DNA from: Macrostomum hystrix
Taxonomy: Eukaryota > Animalia > Platyhelminthes
Assembly (NCBI GenBank): GCA_950097015.1
Contig: CATNEN010000038.1
Coordinates: 9,300,001-9,364,000, forward strand
Length of the DNA stretch: 64,000 bases
Direction of reading: 5' to 3'
The notes beneath the pieces are model-generated. The model was not told the origin of the DNA, did no database searches, and saw only the letters and a program-made list of their open reading frames with translations. Shown here piece after piece: positions 36,358-47,679 of the stretch (the stretch's first letter is position 1; each line of letters starts with the position of its first letter). Both the position numbers and the translations under genes were made by a program.

Positions 36358-37104
36358 TGAAACGGGATAGTTTAAACTAGTGTAGAAGTACTAAAACATT
36401 TAGTTTTTGTTTATGAGGCCATCCAACAGGGACAACAAGGACTTTTAAAACGATGGGACAGAAGTGGGGGGAAAAATAGTGAAGATCAATCGAATTTTCA
36501 AATAAGATGCGTTTGACTGCAGAAAAAAATGTTATTAGTGATTTTTTTAAATACTCGACAGACGGCAGAGACAAGCGATGAGGGCGAGGAAGAGGACAGA
36601 GCTTATCGTGTCTGAAGCAGCTGGCATGGCTCAACATGGCTCAAAGCAACGCATGTGGAGTATGGCACAGACTGATAATTTGAGATCAATTTTTTCTGGA
36701 ACTAAGCCACGCAATTTTCACTTGAATGGGGAAAGCAATTAAGGGCTGCAGCTGAGCACGAGTTGGCGGCATTGTGGGCGCTGGGAAATACACGACGTCG
36801 CTAATGAGATCCGAAATAGCAAATAATAGTGCACGGGTTTAGGAGGCACTGTAGTACGTCGTACGTGCACCCAGCAACTAGAAAGGTGGGCAACGAAACG
36901 ACAAGACCATTTTTAACTAAAAAACATTATCATACTAACCCAGGTGGGCCCGTCAATTAATTTCAGCAATACTCATTGTTGATTAACAAGATTTCGAAAC
37001 CCTGAGTCCTGATAAACAGGTCCGAATTAGGAAGATCGAATTGCAGAGCGGATGTGAAAATATTAGTCATTGGGTAGAGATCTAGTGCCACTTTGAGTAG
37101 AGAA

Positions 37105-37630
37105 TCGGGATTTGGCCCCAGTTTGAGTTGAGATCTGGCCAGAGCTTGAGTAGGGATATAGCCTCAGCTTGAGTAGGGATCTAGCCTCAGCTTGAGTAAT
37201 GATCTGCCCGCAGCTTGAGTAGGGATCTGGCCTCAGCTTGAGTAGGGATCTGGCCCCAGCTTGAGTAGGGATCTGGCCCCAGCTTGTGTAGGGATCTGGC
37301 CTCAGCTTGAGTAGGGATCTGGCCCCAGCTTGAGAAGGGATCTGGCCCCAGCTTGAGTAGGGATCTAGCCTCAGCTTGAGTAATGATCTGCTCGCAGCTT
37401 GAGTAGGGATCTGGCCTCAGCTTGAGTAGGGATCTGGCCTCAGCTTGAGTAGGGATCTGGCCTCAGCTTGAGTAGGGATCTGGCCTCAGCTTGAGTAGGG
37501 ATCTGGCCCCAGCTTGAGTAGGGATCTAGCCTCAGCTTGAGTAGAGATCTAGCCCCAGCTTGAGTAGGGATCTGTTCCCAGCTTGAGTAGTAATCTCGCT
37601 TCAGCTTGAGTAGGGACCTGGCTTGAGTAA
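37105..37630. repeat. 21-bp minisatellite (same family as FARSA intron 3 array)
   Basis: Unit gcttgagtagggatctggcctca. Confidence 0.93.
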
Positions 37631-38782
37631 GTCGTTCTTAATTTCGAAAATCTAAGAACCATTTAAAGAGAGACCTGACAGAAAATCAACACCAAATATC
37701 AATTAGGGAAGACCAGTTTTCTGAATTAAAATGCAGTTTAAAAAAGGCGTTTTGATTGAAAATTCTCAAAAGAGCGTTTTTGTCATTTTTTAATTCTAGT
37801 TTTAATAAAGCAGTAGATTTAAAAGTAGGGTCCCGACAAACTAGTCAAGGTCGGGCATCAAAGAGTTCCCAAAGCTCATCAGAAAAATTAAATCCAATTC
37901 ACGGAGAGAGACAGATAGAGGAGCTACTTAGACCGGAAAAAAATAAATGAAGCGAGATTAAGCGAGGCGAACAACGCAATGGATAAGAGTATTCAAAGAA
38001 ATCTTTCCGGGGCAGGAAAAGTACCCCGGGGCGGCTGGAGGCGAACTATTTTCTTGGAAAATAATTAAAGAAGTCGGGGCGTAAAATTTGAATATCTAGA
38101 ATTTCTTCATTTGTTAGGATTGGCAAATCAGGACGGCCGCTTTGGCAGGAAGCAGACAAAATGAGAAGGCCCGTGCAGTTCAGCTGACCAGGCGAGCATC
38201 AGATTTAAGGAGAAAGCTTAATGAGATGAGAGAATTGTACACGTACGAATTGAAAAACTGCTGCGATTAAAAATAATTACTTGGAAAGATGGATAAGTAT
38301 AGGATAAAGGCGAAGCGGTCTAACGCGTTTGCCCCTTGCAACGATCTTCCCGAGCTCGAATCCGCGGCGATGCCACATTTATGACAGCTTAAAGGAAAGA
38401 ATTCGAAAATAATTTGCCAGTTTCCACAGCCTTCATGCAAATATTAAACTATCATTATTGCCAGGCCCACCTAAGAAAAAGTCTTTGAAATAAAAAAAGG
38501 AAAAATCACAACAAACAATTTGTCATCGGCTGGCCAAGTCCATAATCAGCAAAGCCAGCGCTTGATTTATTAATAAGCTGCAATTCGCTTTAATGCTACT
38601 TAAAGTAGCAGTCGGAATAGCAAAGCCGGAAAGCAAACGAAAAAAAGAGAAATTTAGAATAATAGCGAGCTCACCACAACCCTAAAGACCACTAGGTTGA
38701 GAATGAGGGACTTTTGCAGTTACCTGTCAATTTTATCCACTTAACAAATCCAATAATATGACTTCTTGTCAACTAAAATCGT

Positions 38783-39008
38783 TGTAGTCTAGTGCTTAGA
38801 GCGTCGGACTCACGACTTGAAGGTCGGGGGTTCGATTCCAGATTCCACTGCAACAATTTGTATCCTTTAGCAAGACACTTAACTCTGCATTGCTTCAGTT
38901 CACCCAGCTGTTAAATGGGTACCAGCATCAGGTGGGTGTAATTGAGGGTGGGTGTGTCCCCCCCCCCAGTCCATGGACAGCTGTACGCAGCGCATGGACT
39001 GAACAGCA
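38783..39008 (+). mobile_element. SINE family B
   Basis: tRNA head plus CORE-like segment. Confidence 0.8.
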
Positions 39009-39243
39009 CAAACAACGTACCTGTCACATGAGCTAGGATAAGAAGCTTAAACAAAGCCGCTAGGCAAGGAAGTAAATGTTGAGAAAACGGCGCAGGAGTA
39101 ACTATGACGATACACAAAAGGGAAAAGCGTGTTTTATTTCCTAACTCTCGAAAAAACATGGGTGTACGGTCCGAGTAACTATAACCGCGTTAGAAGTGCA
39201 ATTTGCCTCGTCATCGGCAAAGCCGTGTGTCAATAAAGCGCGG

Positions 39244-42200
39244 CTATTTATCCAGGCGACAGATAGGACCGGCGCTGACCATCTTTAAGTCAACCTTTGG
39301 GCCAATCAGATCCCGGATATTGTTAATGCCGTACTTGATCATTGTGGGCCGCTCCAGTGACAGGCCCCAGGCGATGACGGACACAGACTCCGGCAGGCCC
39401 ATCGGCAGCAGCATCTCGGGTCTGAAGACGCCGGAGTTGCCAATCTCCACCCACTTGCCAAGGCCCTCGTGGTAGGAGAAGATCTCCATGCTGGGCTCGG
39501 TGTAGGGGTTGTAGGCTGGCTTGAAGCGCAGCCTGCGAATGCCCAGCTTGTAGAAGAACTCGCGGATGACACCCATGAGGTGGCACAGGTTCAGGTTGTA
39601 GTCGGCGACTAGGCCTTCGATCTGGTGAAACTCGGCCAGGTGGGTGGCGTCCAGAGACTCGTTGCGAAACACTCGATCGATGCTGAAGTACTTGGTAGGC
39701 TGGAACTGCGGCTGCTGCGACAGCTGGTAGAGCATGCGGGCGCTAACAGCCGTGGTGTGCGTGCGAAGGATGTTCTTCTGCGCCTCCTGGGGAAGCGGAG
39801 AGGGTGTGGGATTTGAACTGACTGGGATTCGAGTTGAAAGGAATTTGAGTAGAAAGGGGTTTGAGTAGAAAGGGATTTTAGTTGAAAGGGATTTGAGTAA
39901 AAAATGGATTTGAGTTAACAGGGATTTAAGTTGACAGGGATTTAAGTTGACAGGGATGTGAGTTGAAAGGGATTTGAGTTGACAGGGATTTGACTTGAAA
40001 GGGATTTGAGTTGACAGGGATGTGAGTTGAAAGGGATTTGAGTTGACAAGGATTTGAATTGACAGGGATTCCAGTTGATAGGGATTCCAGTTGATAGGAT
40101 TCCAGTTGACAGCAACTCACGGACTCCTTCCAGTCGTAGTTGTAGCCGATGGAGCCATAGCCGCCGCTGCTGTGCACCCGCTTCACCCTGTCGAGGTAGC
40201 CGCCAGCCTGCTCCGCCTCCAGCCTGCACGCGGCCGGGTCATTTAGGAAGAACGTGTCGTGCGCGTCTCGCGCCGGATGCTGCTGCGGCTGGAACAGGGC
40301 GTCGAAGTTCCAGAAGCTGCTCTCAACGTAACGGTTGGTGGGCATCTCCTGGAAGCCCATCTCCAGGAAGATCTGGCGGAACTCGGCGCGCACCTTTAGA
40401 AGCGGGTGCAGGTGGCCGCAGTCGGGCTGCTGGCCCAACGCCTTGAAGTTGTAGGCCTTGAAGGTCAGCGACTTCCATGCTCCGGTGGCCAGCATGTCAG
40501 CGGTCAGCTCGGTCTCCTCCTTGGCGAGGGTCAGCGTGAAGTCCCGGCCCCTGCATAGCAGAGAGCAAACTAGTGGTTGCTAATGCCAAGGCTTGAGTAG
40601 GGATCTAGCTTCATCTTTAACTGGGTTCTGGCCTCATTTTTTGGGGATCCATTTATTCATAAGTAGGGATCTAGCCTCAGATTGAATAGGGATTCATCCT
40701 AAGCTTGAGCAGGGATCTGGCCCCATATTGAGTAGGGATCTGGCTTCAGCTTGAGCAGGGATCTGGTCAAAGTTTGAGTAGGGATTCATCCTAAGCTTGA
40801 GTAGGGATGTGGTCTAAGTTTGAATAGGATTCATCCTAAGCTTGAGCAGGGATCTGGCCCCAGATTGAGTAGGGATCTGGCTTCAGCTTGAGTAGGGATG
40901 TGGTCTAAGTTTGAATAGGGATTCATCCTAAGCTTGAGAAGGGATCTGGCCCCAGATTGAGTAGGGATCTGGCTTCAGCTTGAGTAGGGATCTGGCTTCA
41001 GCTTGAGCAGGGATCTGGTCTAAGTTTGAGTAGGGATTCATCCTAAGCTTGAGCAGGGATCTGGCTTCAGCTTGAGTAGGGATCTAGCCTCAGATTGAGT
41101 AGGGATTCATCCTAAGCTTGAGCAGGGATCTGGCCCCAGATTGAGTAGGGATCTGGCCTCAGCTTGAGTAGGGATCTGGCCCCAGCTTGAGCAGGGATCA
41201 GGCTTCAGCTTGAGTAGGGATCGGGCTTCATCTTGAGTTGGGATCTATCCTCAGATTGAGTTGGGATCCATCCTAAGCGAGTAGGGATCTGGCTTCATCT
41301 TGAGTTGGGATCTATCCTCAGATTGAGTAGGGATCCATCCTAAGCGAGTAGGGATCAGGCTTCATCTTGAGTTGGGATCTATCCTCAGATTGAGTAGGGA
41401 TCCATCCTAAGCGAGTAGGGATCAGGCTTCATCTTGAGTAGGGATCAGGCTTCATCTTGAGTTGGGATCTATCCTCAGATTGAGTTGGGATCCATCCTAA
41501 GCGAGTAGGGATCAGGCTTTAGATTGTGTTGGGGTCTATCCTCAGATTAAGTAGGAAAATGGCCTCAGCTAGAGTAGAAACAGTGACTATGTATGAGCAA
41601 AGCCTTGTATGAGTTTGAGGGATTTGGTGTTAGAGATAATATTTGTGAATAAAGGTATTAGTGAGGATCAACTTATCAAGGAACGCTCTATAAGTTGGTG
41701 GTGACTTACTTGGCCACCCTGTAGACCGTCACGCGGCCTTCCTGCACCAGCTTTCGCTTTTTCAACTCGGCCCGCTCCTCTTGCGTCACATCGTCCAGGC
41801 TGAGAGCGGCCACCAGCTGAAGACAGTCGCGGACACGGTCAGCCACCGAATCAACCTGGCGATAGACTCGAGGCCCGCCAGGAGCCGCCTTGTCCAGCCG
41901 GATCCAGCGGTTCGCTAGCGCCTGCGGTCATGTTTCCAGGTGCAATAAAATTAATTGTTGTGATTTAATAGTTTTCTATGTACTGCATTTTTCGGTGAAC
42001 TTTGAGTCGCTTACCCCCTGCTCCTGTGCTCTGCGCCTGCCTGCCTACAAATTTCTCTCACCCCTGGCGTCTGATTGGTTGAGCCAAGACGTTTGCGTAC
42101 CCCGGTTATTGTTATCTCTCGTTCCTGCCCTCTCATTGGTTCGCGTCTCGCCCAGTTGTCTCATTGACCCTGCGTGATTGGCGAGGCTGCAACTAGTTCT

Positions 42201-45200
42201 CTCTCATGCTGTTTGTCTGCCCTGCAGCTTAGCCCCCCTGGGTGAGCAGGTATTATTTATTGGCGTGCGCGCGCTCGTTCCCCTCTGGCGAGACTGTTTT
42301 GGTTTTGTTTGAGCACTCCAACCACAGCCTACTCTGAAAATACATCAACTAAGCCAGCTCTCCCGAGCGCAAACCAGAACTGCTAACCTACGTAAGTGTC
42401 GTTCTGCCTCTGTCTTTTCGGGTTCAGTCACTAGGACTTTGTCACCAGGGCCTGTGCATTCGTTGCGACCTTGGTTGCCGGCTTACTGCCTGTGCGTCTA
42501 GTGCGACAGTAGGCCGACACATAGTAGGACGTAAGTGCTGAACCTCCCTGCTCGTCCTGAGCGAGAGGCGAAGCCGGCTGGCCCGTCTCGGGACACAACA
42601 TAATTGTTTTTATTTTTAATTACACCTTTCCCAAGCTAGTCCAGTTTTGCAGCACAAGGCACAGCCGCAGCTATTGCGATGCGCACCTGAAAGCTGCGTA
42701 CGGCTATGGACTGGGGGGGACGCCAGGCTAGACCCACACTATTTTCCACCTGGTAAAAGACCACTGAGATATTTCAAATACTAAATTTCAAAGCCGTCCG
42801 AGTCAGCATCGTCGAGACATTCAGCGATTCTTGTCGAAGACCCCTGGTGACAAGGACAACTAACATTGCTGTGTACAAACCTCTTTTGCGAATCGATATT
42901 TGTTCAAAGTGAAAATATTACGAAACTAATCAATCCAAAATAGTCAACAAGGGATAGCCGACATGGTTACATTAGGAAATTTTGTGACCACAAAAAACTA
43001 AGTCTACTTTGGTGGTTTAAGTCTACTCATTGGATAGAGCGGAAAATTTTCTGCATGACGTGTTCTGCATGACGATTGGTTAAATATTTTTGGAGATACA
43101 GAAAAAAGAGAAATGTGGGTGATTGAAATACCCCCGTGATCTTCTTACTGAACTAAATACTCCGCCTGATGCTCCTACTTATTTTACAGCTGGGCGAATT
43201 GAGGCAATGCTGAAGTTAAGTGCCATGCTAAAAGACACAAAAGATTCCAGTGTAAGCCTCGAATCGAACCCCCGACCTTCAAGATGCGAGTCCGACGCTC
43301 TAACCCCCAGGCTAACTAAACTAAAGACCTACTAAGGCATGAACCAGTTTCGGAAAGGTTTATCTCAACTTTCTATTTTGTTTTATTACCTTGCTAAAAC
43401 CGATTTTCGCATTGGGCACCCGCTGCATGAGGTCGCTCTGAGGTGCGCCTTCATCAGGCGGCACACTGGCAAACAGGATGGCCTCGTGGCTGCCATTGTC
43501 AGCAATCTGGCGACCCTCCTCAGTCAGTTCCAGTCGGCTGGTCACCTCTGGCTGTGCAGAGATCACCTGATGGCAAGCCAGGTAAGGCAAGTCATATATA
43601 GAAATCTGTAGAGCCCTTGGTATCGTCAACCCAATATACAATCATGAAACTGATTTTTTCATGAACTGAATGATATTATATACAAATTTGATAGAGTACT
43701 TAAGGCACAGCAACTGTACCAATAATACTTATGGAACCAAAAGTTTGATACTCCAAAACTCTATATCTAAATTGCTGGCTGCCCAGCCAGGCATATATAT
43801 ATTGGGCTTAAAAGTGATATAGCCACTTTCTACAAAGGCCAACTAATGGTATAAAAAACAACAGGTTTAATATACAATAAACTCCATTGTTAAAAATGCA
43901 GCTATTATATACAACAGGCTACTAATCAAATATACTACATTGAACTAGTTAACATAGACACATTGTCTTTTGTCAGGAGTTTTTTCTGTTAGCTCTGACT
44001 AATTAACTAATTATTGTATTTAATAGTAAGAATGATATTTAAAACCTGCTATCTCCCTGTTTTTGGCTACAGACTATTTTATTTGTAGTTTAAACTGGTG
44101 CTTAATCTATGAGCATGGATTCTATTTCTAGTTGTATTTTAATTCTAGTTTCTAGGTTCTTGGTTTAGGCTCTAAATTTATGTGGTTGCATCTTATATAT
44201 TATATTTCACATGTCCTATACTTTAAGAAATGTTTAATGGAAGGTACATAGCTATGTATACAATCCTTTAGGGATTAAAAAACTTTTCAATGTTGTTTAA
44301 GAGCAGATTTAAATTAAAATTAAAATAATTAAATACCACAAACTAATAATGACTAAAAATTTTCAGGTAGGCAAAATGTATTACAATGCATACTCTACCT
44401 TTTTGACTAAAGTGAGTCATTTAAATCAAATGAAACATTAGTTTGTTTTTTGATAGTTGCTAGAAAAAGCAAGCAACATATGTATCAATGGGAATAAAAC
44501 CTGTTTAGTCATTGTGAATTCCCTGGGCAATGGGTAATAGGCTTAGATCAAATGTCTTTTGACTTAGTTTATTACATTATTTTATGAAATATTGTACATA
44601 ATATATGGGAATATTAAAGCTGGTGTCACATAAATGTTTGGTCTACTCATGGGACAAGTGGTACCCTATTTAAGTGCAATCAGCAAGATTTTTTGTGAGG
44701 CCAGCTATACCCAGACCATACTCACAAATGTGCTAAACTGTACGCCAGAAAAATGGTCTTGTACGCCAGAAAATGAAATGTATGCCAGAAAGAATTAGCA
44801 ACTGTAGGGCCTATGCAAAATTTTGAAAAACAATGTGCATCATTTTACAAGAAAGAAGTAATTTTTACTACCTAAAACATAGGGATAAAAAACATTTACG
44901 CAACACAGAAATTCACCACAAAGTTTTCCATTCAATGATCCTTTTGTGGAATTTTGTTTTACTCTTCTTTCAACAATCTGAATTAAAATGCTATTTTCTA
45001 AATTTCTTGCTTTCTTGTTTTGCTTTCTTAGTGCAATGCCTCACAAGCCGCACGCCCGCACAACATATGTCACGATGTGTGCCTGCAGCTTGTCTGCTTC
45101 TGCCTGCGCAGCACTGCTAGCTGGCATATGGTAGCGTACGCCGATGTACGCCGATATATGCCAGTACGCCAATGTATCCCAGTATGCACTGTGTACGCCG

Positions 45201-45919
45201 GAAATACATATACCCCACCTAATCTAGTGCAAATGTACGCCAATTTTTTTCGGCGTACATGTAAGATTCAAGAGTATGGTACCCAGAGAGGTACCACTTT
45301 AGCAACTTTCTGTACTAGATAACCCACTAATACCCTCTTTGAACACTCTGTTGAACTCTCTGAATAACTATGGTTTTAATATTCCTGTATATTCTGTAAT
45401 TTTTTTCAGGCCCTAAAATAATTTACCCACAGAAACTAATGGATTTTGAAAAAAATAATTAAATATTTTGTAATTTATTACACAAAAAGAAAACACATGG
45501 TCATAAAAAGGAACAAAATAATGACAGTTTTTTAACTTAGTACTTTTTAACATTTTTAAACAATTATTAAAAAGCTTAATAATTGTGTTAGAAGCTAGGC
45601 CTAGTTAACTAGCTAGCTAACTATCTAGCTAGGGACAACAAAACAAAACAAATATATGTTAATGTACTTATGTATATATATATATATATAATCGTTGGCT
45701 ACCTACAGATGCGATGCAATACAATCTTAGGCCTATGGTTTAAGAATTTTAAAATGACGGAAGCCATTGTGTAGTACTTACATCACCATACGCGAGAATG
45801 CTATTAAGCGCACCAACAACCTTTTGATGGTCGACATTAAATTCTTTGCTTAATACAGTTGATAAACATGAATTATGTTTGTTTAGATACGAAAGAATAT
45901 GGGATCTTAAATCATCCAT
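39244..45919 (-). CDS. FARSA: Phenylalanine-tRNA ligase alpha subunit, 499 aa
   Basis: Exons 45919-45782, 43566-43390, 41921-41710, 40550-40121, 39786-39244 (1500 nt). [58 protein letters not shown] motifs. Confidence 0.96.
39805..40112. repeat. ~19-20-bp minisatellite filling FARSA intron 4
   Basis: Unit similar to agggatttgagttgac. Confidence 0.85.
40590..41575. repeat. 21-bp minisatellite in FARSA intron 3
   Basis: Variants of gcttgagtagggatctggcttca with higher-order blocks. Confidence 0.92.
41956..42600. mobile_element. Solo LTR (Gypsy-like by 4-bp TSD) in FARSA intron 2
   Basis: Termini TGTTGTG...CACAACA (7-bp inverted), TSD taat at 41952-41955 and 42601-42604, 645 bp, no ORF. Confidence 0.8.
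42759..43142. mobile_element. TIR element copy (family of 7482-8241)
   Basis: agaccac..atttcaaata start, gtggg..ttgaaatacccccgtgatct end, shared internal sequence. Confidence 0.7.
43185..43315 (-). mobile_element. SINE family B, degenerate 5' part
   Basis: gaatcgaacccccgaccttcaag..gagtccgacgctctaacc is the reverse complement of the family B head. Confidence 0.7.
44716..45279. mobile_element. MITE with 8-bp TSD (hAT-like)
   Basis: Termini CCATACTC...GAGTATGG; perfect TSD tacccaga at 44708-44715 and 45280-45287; repeated subterminal gtacgcc motifs. Confidence 0.82.
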
Positions 45920-47679
45920 TTAAAGCAAATTTGTGTACGACTGGAGACACGTTCTTATAAAATAAGAGTTTGTTTCAATAAAAGTTATGGTTCTTTCGAA
46001 TAAGCATGCTAACATAATAACCACGTTAGCAAAAAACTTGGGTTTTCTTAGAAGTAATATTTTAAATCTCTGCTACCTTAAACAAGCATACGGCACGATG
46101 GGCACTTCGGACAGTTTGTTGCGGATAAAAGGTTGTAAAATTACAACGCGAACTAGTACTTTTTGTATCTTGAACTCGCATTTTTTGCTTAACGAGCAGT
46201 GTTACTTGCGTTCGTTAATGTTACGATGCCTCTGATTAACCAGTTAGTTTAGCGCACAATCATTTGAACATTTGCACAATTGTACAGCCAGAATTTGAAG
46301 ATAATAGCAGAAGTGTTAGTTTAAAAAAAATCTACTAAAATTAATAAGTCGTGTAAATTTACCTTAGCAAGATTTTGCGAGTAATTACCTTTGTATACTA
46401 AAGGTATAGACGACTATATATTTCTTTTATACATTCACACATGTGCTTATCAAAGACAATAGTCCCAAGCTAATAAGTTAATTTAGTTAACTAGTCACTT
46501 TCTAGTGGTCCTTGGTGCTTGCGTGTGCAATGCTGAAAATATGGTCTGAATAATAAAAGCGTGGTATGCATGTATGTAACTTTTTTGAAGTACAACCCAA
46601 CGATAAAGAACACATTAAAGTATGCAGAATGATGGTGCTGGCCTTGTAAAAAGGATCACGATTTTTCTATTCGTAGCACTTCGTCCCGGTATAGTTCAAG
46701 GTAGCCCCGGATGCTACAGAACTGGGTGACATGATTCTGCCATAAGACAGTTGATTACATGTAACAAAAAACTAGTGAAACGCGTTCAGCAATATATCTT
46801 TGGTTTTCACGAGAACTATGGGAAATAAAGAATGCAGTACATATCTGCATGCAGCATGTCGATGAAGCAAAACAACAGATTATATTTTCTTGAACAGCAA
46901 CATAGAAAATATAATAAGTATATAATGAGTTACTCAATTAAAATATCAATACGAAGGCACGATACTGTTACTTGCACATGTAAAGTAGATAATTTTAAGC
47001 GATTTTTTATAAATGGTGCATTTGTCGAAATATATAAAAAAGCGGTAGGTAATGTATCATTAGCGAATTCCAATTAAATTCGAAAAAGAAAGACATTTGA
47101 CGTCGTCGGCTTCAGCAAGCAATCTTCAGCTCAACATTTTATTACATTATAGACAGATCAGGAAGCCATAGGTATGCGAAATTGTGTATTAAATTTAATG
47201 TTTTTAAAAACATGCAAATAGAAGTATTATTTTGACTTACTCAAACATTGCAGAACACTTTTAGCAACAGGACTCCACGTCCATTCCAAATCTGTATTTG
47301 GACATCCGGGAAACTTAATTTAATAAATAAATGATTTAATGGGCGCCGAGACTTTTCGTTGGCGCTCCAATAAAAGTACAAATCAACAGGAGCTGCTGTT
47401 TTGTGAGGCAGATAAGCAAAGACATTTAAAGCGACTATAAAGCAGAGTATTGCTAGCTTATTTACTGACTTGCAAGCAAATAAACACTAAATAAGCAAAC
47501 ACTAAGCTAGATAATTTCAGCATTAAATAACATATAATCTAAATCTACTTAAGACAGGACAGTGATACTTACAAACGTAAAATAACATCATCTGCTGTAA
47601 TGTAAGAGCATCATAAAGCCAAAAGTGTACACAAGAAGCGAACCAATGGAAATTCGTTGTACAATTTAATTCCAGCCAA

